From Candidatus Dormiibacterota bacterium (GTDB lineage Bacteria; Chloroflexota; Dormibacteria; Aeolococcales; Bog-877), in contig CAWDQV010000001.1 of assembly GCA_963804565.1 (NCBI GenBank), positions 1,558,643 through 1,622,642 of the forward strand: DNA of 64,000 bases, in the 5' to 3' direction. Below are positions 36,375-45,817 of this stretch, in pieces; position 1 is the first letter of the stretch, and each line of letters begins with the position of its first letter. The notes beneath the pieces were generated by a model. It saw only the letters and a program-made list of their open reading frames with translations, made no database searches and was not told the DNA's origin. A program made the translations under genes and the position numbers.

Positions 36375-37307
36375 CTAGTCGGCCGGAGTCTCTTCCGCGT
36401 CCGCGATGCGAGGGGGCGGAACGCTCCCCTCGATCGATGCCTCCAGTTCTAGCGTGCGGCGGAAGGCCGCCCAGACGGCGTCGCCGATCACAGTCCGAAA
36501 GCGTCCCCGCTCTAGGGCTGCTAGAGCCTCGGCCGAAGTGCCTCCTGGAGAAGTCACCATGTCTCTCAGCTGGGCCGGGTGCTCCCCGCTCTGGATGGCG
36601 AACTCGATCGATCCCCGCAGCGTCTCTAGCACCAAAAGCCGGGCCCGATGCCTGGGAAAGCCTAGGTGAACGGCGGCCTCCACCAGTGATTCCGCGAACA
36701 GGAAGGCGTAGGTGGGCCCGGTGCCGCTCACGGCGGTGGCCATGGCTACCTGTCGCTCTTCCTCCACCTCTAACTCGGAACCCAAGGCCGAGAGCAACGC
36801 CCGCACTTGCGACTTCGCCTCCGAGGAGACCCCGCTGGTGGCGAACCACACGCTGATCCCAGCGCCGATCTGAGCTGGAGTGTTGGGCATCACCCGGACG
36901 ATCGCTCGATGGTTGAGTCCCGAGCTGATGGAGCCGGTGCTGGCTCCCGCCACGATGCTGATCACCACGGTGTCGTCCCCCACCACTCCCTGCAGCTCCC
37001 TCAGCACACTGGGCAGAACCTGAGGCTTGACGGTCAGCAACAGGATGTCGGCGCCCCTCGCCACTTGGGCGTTGTCTACCAACACCCTGACCCCGAAGCG
37101 CTCCTCCAGTTCACGGACCCGCTCCATGCGGGGGTGGCTGCAGACCACCTGTGAACTTCTGACCAGGCCCTGGTGTAGCAATCCCGCGATCATGGCCTCG
37201 GCCATGACGCCGACCCCGACCACTCCGATGGAGCTAGTGCCGAGGTCCGGCCTTTTGTCCGGCCCCGGATTAGCAGCCTCATTCATGAATGAGCGATAGG
37301 TTGCCAC
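36375..37307 (-). CDS. proC: Pyrroline-5-carboxylate reductase
   Basis: IGVVGVGVMAEAMIAGLL, ILLLTVKPQVL, RVMPNTPAQIGAG, VTSPGGTSAEAL. The start is ambiguous (GTG 37307 or ATG 37286). Confidence 0.85.
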   Translation of the reverse strand: MATYRSFMNEAANPGPDKRPDLGTSSIGVVGVGVMAEAMIAGLLHQGLVRSSQVVCSHPRMERVRELEERFGVRVLVDNAQVARGADILLLTVKPQVLPSVLRELQGVVGDDTVVISIVAGASTGSISSGLNHRAIVRVMPNTPAQIGAGISVWFATSGVSSEAKSQVRALLSALGSELEVEEERQVAMATAVSGTGPTYAFLFAESLVEAAVHLGFPRHRARLLVLETLRGSIEFAIQSGEHPAQLRDMVTSPGGTSAEALAALERGRFRTVIGDAVWAAFRRTLELEASIEGSVPPPRIADAEETPAD

Positions 37308-37471
37308 ATCCGCGGTTGATCGAGCGCGGCGACGGTGGGCGTGACATTCACCCTCTGTAGGCGACAGCTACCCCGCGCATCCGAACTGAGAAAATCGAGG
37401 AGTCCCGGCCGCTCGGTGGTGTGGCAGGGTCCCATACCGCCAATCCACGACTTCCCGGAGGTACCAGCACC

Positions 37472-38224
37472 ATGCGCGAGGACATCAGGGCGGAGTCGGT
37501 GACCATCACCGGCAACGGCGGCGATCACATCGAGGCCTACCTGGCCCAACCTCTGGACCAGGGCAAATTCGGATCCGTCGTGGTGATCCACCACATGCCC
37601 GGATATGACGCCTGGAGCAAGGAGGTGACGCGCACCTTCGCCGCTAACGGATACCTGGCGCTCTGTCCCAACCTCTACTCGCGAGATGCTCCCGGGGCGA
37701 GCCCCGACGACGCCGCCGCCGCGGTCAGGGCGAAAGGCGGGGTTCCGGACGAGCGCCTGGTCGGCGACGTCGGGGGAGCGGCAGCTCATCTCCGATCCCT
37801 TCCCCACAGCAACGGAAAGGTGGGGGTTATCGGCTACTGCTCCGGCGGACGCCAGTCCTTTCTCGCCGCCTGCAGCCTCCCCCTTGATGCCGCCGTCGTC
37901 TGCTACGGGGCCTTCATCGTCGGCGACCCCCCGGCGGAACTACCTCTCAAGGTCACTTCACTGCTCCACCTCGCGCCCCAACTGCGCTGCCCGGTCCTCG
38001 GTCTTTTCGGCGCTGAGGACAAGTACCCATCTCCCGAGCAGGTCGCGGTGTTGGACAAGACCCTGAAGGACCAGGGAGCGGACTATGAATTCCACAGCTA
38101 CCCGGGCGCTGGCCATGCCTTCTTCGCCGCCGACCGACCCAGCTACCGCCCGGAGGCTGCCAAGGAGGGCTGGGAGGAGATATGGGAGTTCTACAGCCGA
38201 CTCCTGGCCGGCGGGGCAGCCTGA
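37472..38224 (+). CDS. Dienelactone hydrolase family protein
   Basis: MREDIRAESVTITGNGGDHIEAYLAQP...VVVIHHMPGYD...VGVIGYCSGGRQSF...YPGAGHAFF. GGAGG lies 10 nt upstream of ATG 37472. Confidence 0.85.
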   Translation: MREDIRAESVTITGNGGDHIEAYLAQPLDQGKFGSVVVIHHMPGYDAWSKEVTRTFAANGYLALCPNLYSRDAPGASPDDAAAAVRAKGGVPDERLVGDVGGAAAHLRSLPHSNGKVGVIGYCSGGRQSFLAACSLPLDAAVVCYGAFIVGDPPAELPLKVTSLLHLAPQLRCPVLGLFGAEDKYPSPEQVAVLDKTLKDQGADYEFHSYPGAGHAFFAADRPSYRPEAAKEGWEEIWEFYSRLLAGGAA

Positions 38225-38225
38225 G

Positions 38226-38522
38226 ATGTGTACCTACCAGACCGAGACGCTGAGCCTCCGAGGGAGCGGCAAGGGAAGGCAGGGGTGGTTCAAGCTGTCC
38301 AGTGCCAGCGTCTACTTCGACCACCCGGTGCATGCCGCAGACGAACACACTCTCAACCTGGACTTCCTCAATCCGTCTCTCGGCCCCGGTGCGCGGGTGG
38401 CCGTCGAGCTGGACGCCGCTTCAGCTCTCGCGCTTGCGGAAGCCATACGGACTGTGCTCGCTTCGAGCGGCCACCTGGCTGAGACGGGAGAGGTCACGCA
38501 CGAGGCAGTCGCGCTTCCATAA
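38226..38522 (+). CDS. Small conserved-looking hypothetical protein (98 aa, starts MCTYQTE)
   Basis: The ATG is 1 nt after the hydrolase stop (TGAGATG). The composition is balanced: MCTYQTETLSLRGSGKGRQGWFKLSSASVYFDHPVHAADEHTLNLDFLNP. It is possibly a DUF6295-type actinobacterial family, from memory and unverified. Confidence 0.5.
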   Translation: MCTYQTETLSLRGSGKGRQGWFKLSSASVYFDHPVHAADEHTLNLDFLNPSLGPGARVAVELDAASALALAEAIRTVLASSGHLAETGEVTHEAVALP

Positions 38523-38676
38523 ACTGCGCTTCCTGACGGTGATTGTTCCCGACCTTCCAGACCGGGTCGCGCGGGTCGACGTTCGCTATAACGCGGCGTG
38601 CGTTAGGAACCGGTCCGGCACCATTGGGGCGGCGCACACGCACTCGCAGTCTTCCTTTGATTCGTGAGGTTTCTTC

Positions 38677-39183
38677 GTGTCTATCACTGACCAGCTGCTG
38701 GCAAGAAATGCCGCCTACGCCGCCTCATTTGCCCGCGCCGGCGTCTCCATCCCGCTCAGCCCAAAACTCGCAGTTCTCGCCTGCATGGATGCGCGTCTGA
38801 GTGTCGGTCAAATCCTCGGACTCGAGCAGGGCGAGGCACACGTGATTCGCAATGCGGGCGGAGTGGTTACCGATGACGCGATCCGCTCTCTAGTCATCTC
38901 CCAGCGGCTACTTGGAACCGACGAAATAATCCTGATCCATCACACCGACTGCGGCATGGTCACCTTCCACGACGACGACGTCAAGCGCCAGATCGAGGAG
39001 GAGACGGGCCTGCGGCCGAGCTTCGCGCTGGAGGCGTTCTCGGATCCGGCTGACGACGTCCGCCAGTCGATCCGCAGGATTCAGGCCAACCCGTTCATAC
39101 CAAGGAAGGACACCATCAGGGGATTCGTCTACGACGTCAAGACGGGCAAGTTGGATGAGGTGCTGCCCGCCAAATCGGGCTGA
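38677..39183 (+). CDS. Beta-class carbonic anhydrase
   Basis: Zinc-ligand motifs CMDARL and HHTDCGM, plus VIRNAGG. The start is GTG. Confidence 0.9.
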   Translation: MSITDQLLARNAAYAASFARAGVSIPLSPKLAVLACMDARLSVGQILGLEQGEAHVIRNAGGVVTDDAIRSLVISQRLLGTDEIILIHHTDCGMVTFHDDDVKRQIEEETGLRPSFALEAFSDPADDVRQSIRRIQANPFIPRKDTIRGFVYDVKTGKLDEVLPAKSG

Positions 39184-39198
39184 GCCTGCGGGTCCCGG

Positions 39199-40467
39199 CT
39201 AGAGGCGGTTGAGAGCAATTCCCTCGAAGCGGGTGGGCAGGGGCACGATCTTGGATCGCTGCTCAGGGTCGAAGGGGGGTATCGAGGCCGGGTCGTTGAG
39301 GACCACCTGGAGGGCGAGCTCGGCCGCGCCGATCAGGACGGAGTCCCGGCCGAATCGGGGTTTGACCAGCTCCACCCGCTGATGTTCGGCGTCGTATATG
39401 CCCTGGTGGAGCTGCTCGACGATCTCTGCACGCGCCAGGTCCAGGATCTCCTCGAACATTCCACCCAGGATCAGCATCGCGGGGTTGAGGCTGTTGACCA
39501 GGTCGATCAATCCCACAGTGATCCAGCGGGCGGTCGTCTCGACGGCGGCCAGGCACTTGGGGTCTCCCTGCTGGGCCAGGCGCACCACCTGCTCCGCGGG
39601 CGACCGCCCCCCAGGGCTCATTCCCGCCCGCCGTACCAGCGCGTCCTCGCCGACCTCGGTCTCCCAGCAGCCGCGGGCTCCGCAGTGGCAGAAGGAGCCG
39701 TTCGGATTGACCTGCATGTGACCGACCTCGCCGCCGTATCCGCTCGAGCCCTCCAGCATCCGGCCGGCAGTGATGATCCCGCCCCCCACCCCGGCCTCGG
39801 CGTGCAGGTAGACCAGATCGTTCACACCGCTGGCGATGCCTCGAGAGTGCTCGGCCATGGCCCCGAGGTTGGCGTCGTTTCCAACTAGCACCTTGGCGTT
39901 CTCGGCGATGGCGCCCTGGAGCCGCTCGGCAAGCGGGACGTTCCGCCAGCCAAGGTTGGGAGCGAAGTGGACGAGCCCGTCGCTGGGCCGCACCGCTCCC
40001 GGCACAGCCACCCCCACGGCGAAGGTCGTGAACGCTCCTCCGGACCGATGCAGCAGGTTGGTCGCCCGCTCGGTAATGGTGCCGACCACCTTCTCGAAGG
40101 ACCGATCCCGGTTGTTCACGAGGAGCCTTCGGTCCCGATCGATGACAAGACCGCCCAGGCTGACCAGGGCCAGCGTGATCGCATCCACGCCGATCTCGAC
40201 CGCGACCACCATGAAGGTGTCGGAACGCGCGCTGATCACCTTGGAGGGCCTACCCTGGGCTCCCCGCTCCGGCTCGGGCGCTTCGATGGCCAATCGCCGG
40301 CTGGCGAGCTCGTCCACCAGGTTGCCGATTGTCGCCCGGTTCAGCCCCAACAACCTCGTCAGCTGGGCCCTCGACGTGGGTCCGTGACGATGGAGGTGCC
40401 CCAGCAGCGTGGCCAGGTTGTGGCGCCGAACAGCCTCCTGGGTTGCCCCTCTCTCAGTCCGAGCCAC
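39199..40467 (-). CDS. ROK family transcriptional regulator
   Basis: N-terminal wHTH (LLGHLHRHGPTSRAQLTRLLGLNRATIGNLVDEL). ROK sugar-kinase-like core with GAMAEH and the CHCGARGCWE zinc motif. Confidence 0.85.
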   Translation of the reverse strand: MARTERGATQEAVRRHNLATLLGHLHRHGPTSRAQLTRLLGLNRATIGNLVDELASRRLAIEAPEPERGAQGRPSKVISARSDTFMVVAVEIGVDAITLALVSLGGLVIDRDRRLLVNNRDRSFEKVVGTITERATNLLHRSGGAFTTFAVGVAVPGAVRPSDGLVHFAPNLGWRNVPLAERLQGAIAENAKVLVGNDANLGAMAEHSRGIASGVNDLVYLHAEAGVGGGIITAGRMLEGSSGYGGEVGHMQVNPNGSFCHCGARGCWETEVGEDALVRRAGMSPGGRSPAEQVVRLAQQGDPKCLAAVETTARWITVGLIDLVNSLNPAMLILGGMFEEILDLARAEIVEQLHQGIYDAEHQRVELVKPRFGRDSVLIGAAELALQVVLNDPASIPPFDPEQRSKIVPLPTRFEGIALNRL

Positions 40468-40547
40468 TATCTTTGCCCCCCAGTCCGCAGGAAGTGGGTC
40501 GCTCCCCAGCCGTCCCCTCAGTACGTCCGCTCAGTGGTGCTGCGAGA

Positions 40548-41915
40548 TTAGCCGTCGGCGCTTCTGAACGCCCGTCCGCGGCGAGCCACTCTGTCCACCG
40601 TCAGTGCTGCTAGCAGCACCAGGCCCGTGACCATGTACTGGACTGCGGCCGACATGTTGAGCAAACCCATGCCGTTGTAGATCGCGGCGATGACGATCCC
40701 GCCCAGCAGCGCGTGCACCGGCTTGCCCCGTCCGCCGAAGAGGCTGGCTCCCCCGATCACCGCAGCCGCCACCGCGTAGAGCACGTAGGTCCCGCCGTCG
40801 AGGTCGGTCGCGATGGAGCCGAGTCGCGACTCGTAGACGATTCCGGCGAGGCCGGCGGTCAGGCCCGAGAGCCCGAACGCTGCGGTCCTGACCCAGGTCA
40901 GGTTGACGCCCGCCCTGCGGGCCGCCTCGGCGTTCCCCCCGATGGCATACACGTAGCGCCCGAAGCGGGTTGCGCTGAGCAGGAAGGTGGCCCCGACGAC
41001 GACCACCACGATGGCCGGCACGACCGGCGGGACTCCACTGAAGGGAGACGCCGCGGTACCCCGCTGGGTGTTGAAGATCAGCACTAGCAGAATCCCCGCC
41101 ACGGTGACCATCGCCAGCCGGATGACGGTGAGGATGATCGGTGGCGCTGAGAGCCCGCGGCGCCGGCGCCGAGCTTCGCGCCGGAGGGTCAGCGCCGCGT
41201 AGATCACCATGATCACCGCCAGCGTGATCCACCCCTCGATCGCGGTCATGTTCCCGTTGACCAGGTTGAAGATCACCGGGTTGGACACGGAGATCACCCC
41301 GCCGCTGGAGGGACTGGTGACGTTGACGATCTGGATCATCGCCCCCTCCCAGATCAGCAGGCCGGCCAGGGTGACCACGAAGGAGGGGAGATGGAGCCTG
41401 GTCACCAGGGTTCCCTGGAGCAGGCCGATGGCGGTGGTCGTGGCAAGTCCAGCCAGGATGGCCAGGTACCAGGGAAGCCCGACAGGTCCGACCAGGAGTG
41501 CCACGACTACCGCACCCACCCCGGCCACGTAACCAACCGAGAGGTCGATCTCACCCAAAAGCAGGACAAACACCTCGGCCATGCCGAAGAGTACGAACAC
41601 CGTTCCCTGGACCAGCAGGTTGGTGATGTTCTCGGCGGATAGGAAGAGGCTGCTCTGGGACTGGAAGATGAGGACGATCACCGCCAGTCCGATGACGATG
41701 GGGAGCACACCGGTGTCGCCCCCGCGTACCCGCGCCCACCAGGCCCGCAGGTACTCGGGAATGGAATTGGCGATCAACTCCGGTGGCAGTCCTACAGGTT
41801 CGGCCTGGGACTCCGCCTCACTTGTGTCCGGCGTGAGGTCCTCTCCGGTCGTCGCGCCCGGGCGGGCGTCTTGGTCCCGGCCCGCTCCGGGCGGTCCGGT
41901 GGTGGTCGTGGTCAT
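40548..41915 (-). CDS. Monosaccharide (CUT2-type) ABC transporter permease
   Basis: 455 aa, highly hydrophobic. Typical XylH/AraH-like segments (LLLGEIDLSVGYVAG, RFGRYVYAIGGNAEAARRAGVN). There is an ATGA overlap with the ATPase gene. Confidence 0.9.
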   Translation of the reverse strand: MTTTTTGPPGAGRDQDARPGATTGEDLTPDTSEAESQAEPVGLPPELIANSIPEYLRAWWARVRGGDTGVLPIVIGLAVIVLIFQSQSSLFLSAENITNLLVQGTVFVLFGMAEVFVLLLGEIDLSVGYVAGVGAVVVALLVGPVGLPWYLAILAGLATTTAIGLLQGTLVTRLHLPSFVVTLAGLLIWEGAMIQIVNVTSPSSGGVISVSNPVIFNLVNGNMTAIEGWITLAVIMVIYAALTLRREARRRRRGLSAPPIILTVIRLAMVTVAGILLVLIFNTQRGTAASPFSGVPPVVPAIVVVVVGATFLLSATRFGRYVYAIGGNAEAARRAGVNLTWVRTAAFGLSGLTAGLAGIVYESRLGSIATDLDGGTYVLYAVAAAVIGGASLFGGRGKPVHALLGGIVIAAIYNGMGLLNMSAAVQYMVTGLVLLAALTVDRVARRGRAFRSADG

Positions 41916-42811
41916 TTGCCCGCTCGACCGGCAGCGAGCGCCCGTTCTGAGCGCCCGGTCGTCATGTACTCGACCGTCAGCTGACGGTCGAACTCGGCAG
42001 CCGGGCCGGTCGCCACCAGGCGGCCCAGGTGCAGGACCGCCAGGCGGTCGGCCACCTCGAAGACGTCGTTGAGGTTGTGCGAGACCATGAGGACGGCCAC
42101 CCCCTGCTGGGCCAGCCGCTTGACCAAGCCCAGGACCATCGCGGTCTGGGCCACGCCCAGCGCCGCGGTCGGTTCATCCAGGATCACCAGTCGGGACCGG
42201 GCCATCACCGCCCGGGCCACGGCAACCGTCTGTCGCTGGCCGCCGGAGAGCGATGCCACCTGTTGGCGGATCGAGCGAACGGTGGTGACCGCCAGCGAGT
42301 CCAGGGTCTCGCGCGCCTTCAGCTCCATGGTGACCTCGTCGAGAACTCCGAAGTGCAAGGGTTCGTGGCCCAGGAACATGTTCTGAACGATGTCCAGATT
42401 GTCACAGAGCGCCAGGTCCTGGTAGACGGTGGTGATGCCCAGGGCCCCAGCATCCTTGGGGCTGTGCAGTTGCACCTCCCGGCCTTCCCAGGCCAGCGTC
42501 CCGCTGTCGGGGCGCAGGATGCCGGAGATCACCTTGATCGTCACCGTCTTGCCGGCGCCGTTGTCGCCGACCAGGGCGGTCACCTGGCCCGGCGGTATGT
42601 CCAGGTCGATCCCGACCAGGGCCTCCACCGGGCCGAAGTGCTTGGTAATCCCCCGCAGCTCGAGCAGCGTCCCCCCGTTGCCCGGAGGGGCAGGGGACTC
42701 ATCGTCCCCGCCCCCACCGGGTGCTCGGGTCGGGTCGGTCGAGGAAGGCGACACTTTAGGAGAGTTCAGAAAGTGGGGATTACGGCTTAATCCCGGCCTT
42801 CTTGCAGACAC
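41912..42811 (-). CDS. Sugar ABC transporter ATP-binding protein (single ABC domain, FrcA-like)
   Basis: Walker A GDNGAGKT, signature LSGGQRQ, Walker B LVILDEPTAAL. The true start is probably GTG about 42754, because the 42811 start overlaps the SBP gene. Confidence 0.9.
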   Translation of the reverse strand: MSARRPGLSRNPHFLNSPKVSPSSTDPTRAPGGGGDDESPAPPGNGGTLLELRGITKHFGPVEALVGIDLDIPPGQVTALVGDNGAGKTVTIKVISGILRPDSGTLAWEGREVQLHSPKDAGALGITTVYQDLALCDNLDIVQNMFLGHEPLHFGVLDEVTMELKARETLDSLAVTTVRSIRQQVASLSGGQRQTVAVARAVMARSRLVILDEPTAALGVAQTAMVLGLVKRLAQQGVAVLMVSHNLNDVFEVADRLAVLHLGRLVATGPAAEFDRQLTVEYMTTGRSERALAAGRAGK

Positions 42812-44015
42812 TGGCGAACGTACCCGCGCAGAGCTCGAATGCCGGCACGAAGTCGTCCGCGATCACTGTCGACTTCATGTTCTTGGCGGTAACCCACTCG
42901 GGTTGCAGAAGAACCGACGGCACCGCCACGTTGCTCACGGTGTCCTCAGTGGTTGAGTTGACCAGCGATGCCGGGGGGGTCTTGCCCGCCCGCAGGTAGA
43001 TGGCCAGCGCCACCGAGGCCTGCGCCTCTTCGTAGATCGGCTTGTAGACAGTGCCACACTGGTAGCCGCTGAGCACGTTCTGAAGGCCGACTAGGGTCGC
43101 GTCCTGACCGGTTGTCGGGAACGTCTTTGGCTTGACGTGCAACGACTGCAGGTAGCTGATGATTGGAGCACCGGTCTCGTCGTTCGGGATAACCGCAGCG
43201 TTGATGTTCGGATGGGCTGTGTAGGCGCCCTGGAATTCCGTCAGTGCGGTCGGAGGATCCCAGGTGCCGGCGGTGTTGGCGACGTCAACGTACTTGCCAG
43301 ATTTGAAGTACGGCGACAGCACTGCGTCGTAGCCCTGGGCGAACAGGGTGGCGTTGTTGTCGGTCACCGCCCCGTGCATGACCACCACTTCCGGCTTCTT
43401 GATATGCCAAGCCTTCACGCAGGCCACGAAGCCCTTTCCGATCAGCGTGCCGACCTTGACGTTGTTGAAGCTCACGTAGTACCCACGGCTGCCGCCCAAG
43501 GTGAGTCGGTCGTAGTCGATGACAGCCACGCCGTGGCTCTTGGCGTAGGACTCGATCGCATCTCCGACGCCGGAGTCCAGGGGATCCATGATGATCACCT
43601 TGGAGCCCGCGGTGACCGCCGCCTCGGCGTCGCTCAGTTCGGTGGCGTCGACGCCGTCGGCGTCCTCCACCGTGATGTCGTCGGCCGGCAATCCGGAGGT
43701 CTCCAAGGCTGTGGTCAAGAACGGCTCGTCAAACTCGGTGTAGCGTGCCGAGCTGACCGTGTCGGGCAGGATCGCGGTGATGCCACCTGACCCCTCCTTG
43801 ACTAGCGCCTTGAGCCCCAACATCGCGCTGAAGTTGCGTGTGAACGATTTCGGCGTCAGAGCAGTCGACGCTGCGGTGACCGCCTTGGCGGGTCTACTTG
43901 CAGCGTCGACGGTGCCTCCGGCGGCGAACACCAGCGCGGCGAGCGCTGTCACCCCCAGAACCGTCATTCGAGCGGCGCCCACGCGCGGGCTCCGTGCCTG
44001 AGCTTTAGATCCCAT
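42780..44015 (-). CDS. Sugar ABC transporter substrate-binding protein (periplasmic-binding-protein type I, XylF/ChvE-like)
   Basis: The signal/anchor region is followed by KVIIMDPLDSG...GVAVIDYDRL...NDETGAPIISYLQS. ATG 44015 has GGAGG 6 nt upstream. Confidence 0.85.
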   Translation of the reverse strand: MGSKAQARSPRVGAARMTVLGVTALAALVFAAGGTVDAASRPAKAVTAASTALTPKSFTRNFSAMLGLKALVKEGSGGITAILPDTVSSARYTEFDEPFLTTALETSGLPADDITVEDADGVDATELSDAEAAVTAGSKVIIMDPLDSGVGDAIESYAKSHGVAVIDYDRLTLGGSRGYYVSFNNVKVGTLIGKGFVACVKAWHIKKPEVVVMHGAVTDNNATLFAQGYDAVLSPYFKSGKYVDVANTAGTWDPPTALTEFQGAYTAHPNINAAVIPNDETGAPIISYLQSLHVKPKTFPTTGQDATLVGLQNVLSGYQCGTVYKPIYEEAQASVALAIYLRAGKTPPASLVNSTTEDTVSNVAVPSVLLQPEWVTAKNMKSTVIADDFVPAFELCAGTFASVCKKAGIKP

Positions 44016-44465
44016 GCTGTGCCTCCCCAAACGTTTCCCATCGGTTACTAGTCACCGGTGGCCCTACCAAACGACGCGCACCCGCACGGGTCCGCGATAC
44101 AGCGCTGAGCAGTTGTCCCAGGCTTCTCCGATCTCTCCGCGGCTCCTGACTGCGGGCCCCGAGGTACCGATTTGGCGCTCTCGGTTCAGCAGTCCCGCCT
44201 GGCTTGCCGCGGCGCAGAAGCCGTCTCGAAAGCGCACTCCCTCCACTGATGCCCAGCCGCCCTTGGGCGGCGCCAGCTAGGCCAGCGGGAGCATATGTTG
44301 CCTCCCGCAACTTGTCAATCACCCATTGGGGTGATGCCCTAGTCGAGGCGATCCGAATTCGGCTCCGCGTTGCCTGTGAACGATCGAAGGAAGAGGAGGA
44401 TGCCCAAGGCGGTGGAGGATCATGTACCGGCAGGCATCCGGTTGACAGCGAGTTGAGAGGAGGGC

Positions 44466-45350
44466 ATGGCGTGCAGGTGCGAGAGGTTCAGGTCGAGACG
44501 GCCGACGGGCGAATCCTCGATGTGGTCGACGCGGGGCGGGTCGGGCGACCCGGCTGTGGTGGTGCACCACGGGATGCCTGGGGCAAAGGGTCTGTACCAA
44601 GGCTGGACCGAGGATGCCGAGCGGAGAGGTCTTCGCCTGATCGGGTACTCCAGGCCGGGCTTCGGCTCCTCGACCCGTTCCAAAGGCCGAAAGGTGGCTC
44701 AGGTATCAGGCGATGTCGCCGAGATCGCCGACCACCTGAAGCTCCAAAAGCTGGCGACCTGGGGCTACTCGGCAGGGGGCCCCCATGTCCTCAGCTGCGC
44801 CGCCCAGCTGCCCGACCTGGTGGTGGCGGCGGCGACCATCGCCTCGGTCGCCCCCTACGACGCCGAGGGCCTCGACTACCTGGCAGGGATGGGCGAGGGG
44901 AACGTCAAGGAATTCGACGCCGTACTAGCCGGCGAGGAGACCCTGCGGCCCCTCGTCGAGGCCGAGGTGGCGGAGATGGCGAGCGACGTAGACGGGCTGA
45001 TAGAGGGGATGGGTTCGGTGCTCTCGGACCCCGATAGGGCGGCGGTCCGCGACCATCTCGGGGAGTGGATGGTCTCACTCTTCGTGGATGCCTTCAAGCA
45101 AGGCGGGGATGGTTGGATCGACGACAACCTGGCCCTGGTTGGCCCCTGGGGGTTCGATCTCACCGCGATCCGGGTGCCACTCCAGCTCTGGCAAGGCCAA
45201 CAAGACCTGATGGTCCCCGCGACCCATGGCCAGTGGCTGGCGTCCCAGCTGCCGCAGGCGGATCTGCACTACCTGCCGGAAGCAGGTCACCTGACCCTCC
45301 TCGTGGACCAGGTCCCGCTGGTCCACCAGTGGCTGCTGGAGCACTTCTGA
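44466..45350 (+). CDS. Alpha/beta hydrolase with an apparent +1 frame disruption in its first 25 codons (possible pseudogene or assembly indel)
   Basis: The body reads GSGDPAVVVHHGMPG...GYSRPGFGSS...WGYSAGG (G-x-S-x-G). The natural-looking N-terminus VQVREVQVETADGRILDVVDAG is in another frame, from GTG 44471, which has GGAGGG 6 nt upstream. See findings. Confidence 0.75.
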   Translation: MACRCERFRSRRPTGESSMWSTRGGSGDPAVVVHHGMPGAKGLYQGWTEDAERRGLRLIGYSRPGFGSSTRSKGRKVAQVSGDVAEIADHLKLQKLATWGYSAGGPHVLSCAAQLPDLVVAAATIASVAPYDAEGLDYLAGMGEGNVKEFDAVLAGEETLRPLVEAEVAEMASDVDGLIEGMGSVLSDPDRAAVRDHLGEWMVSLFVDAFKQGGDGWIDDNLALVGPWGFDLTAIRVPLQLWQGQQDLMVPATHGQWLASQLPQADLHYLPEAGHLTLLVDQVPLVHQWLLEHF

Positions 45351-45369
45351 TCAGCCCGAGGTTGGGGAC

Positions 45370-45801
45370 GTGGTGAGGCCGCTCGCGCCGACAGATTTCC
45401 CGTCCTGGCGTGAACTCTGGGCCGCCTACCTTCGCTTCTACCGCGCCGAGCTCGATGATCAGGTGACCGAGTCGACCTTCGAACGGCTTGTCGCCGACTC
45501 GGGGTCCTTGATGGGGTTGGTCGCCGAGGATGGAAGCGGAAGGATTGTCGGGATCGTCCACTTGGTCTTTCACCCCTCCACCTGGTCCGCCGCTCCCTAC
45601 TGCTACGTCGAAGACCTGTTCGTCCAACCCGGCGCTCGAGGGACGGGGGTAGCTCGGGAGCTGCTCGAAGCGGCGTTCGCCGAGGCGGACCGGCGTGGCG
45701 CCAGCCGCACCTACTGGGAGACGCAGGAGTTCAACGCTCCGGCCAGGTCGCTCTACGACCAGGTGGCCCGCCGGACCTCATTCATCGTCTACGAGCGGTG
45801 A
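45370..45801 (+). CDS. GNAT family N-acetyltransferase
   Basis: 143 aa. YVEDLFVQPGARGTGVARELLEAAFAEADRRGASRTYWETQEFNAPARSLYD. Confidence 0.85.
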   Translation: MVRPLAPTDFPSWRELWAAYLRFYRAELDDQVTESTFERLVADSGSLMGLVAEDGSGRIVGIVHLVFHPSTWSAAPYCYVEDLFVQPGARGTGVARELLEAAFAEADRRGASRTYWETQEFNAPARSLYDQVARRTSFIVYER

Positions 45802-45817
45802 TCCCGGGCAGGGAGGC

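Noticed and set aside
44204-45037. A 277-aa plus-strand ORF overlapping the alpha/beta hydrolase
   Set aside because: Apart from the 22 codons after GTG 44471, which look like the hydrolase's true N-terminus (see finding), the translation is Arg/Gly/Pro-rich nonsense. It is not an independent gene.
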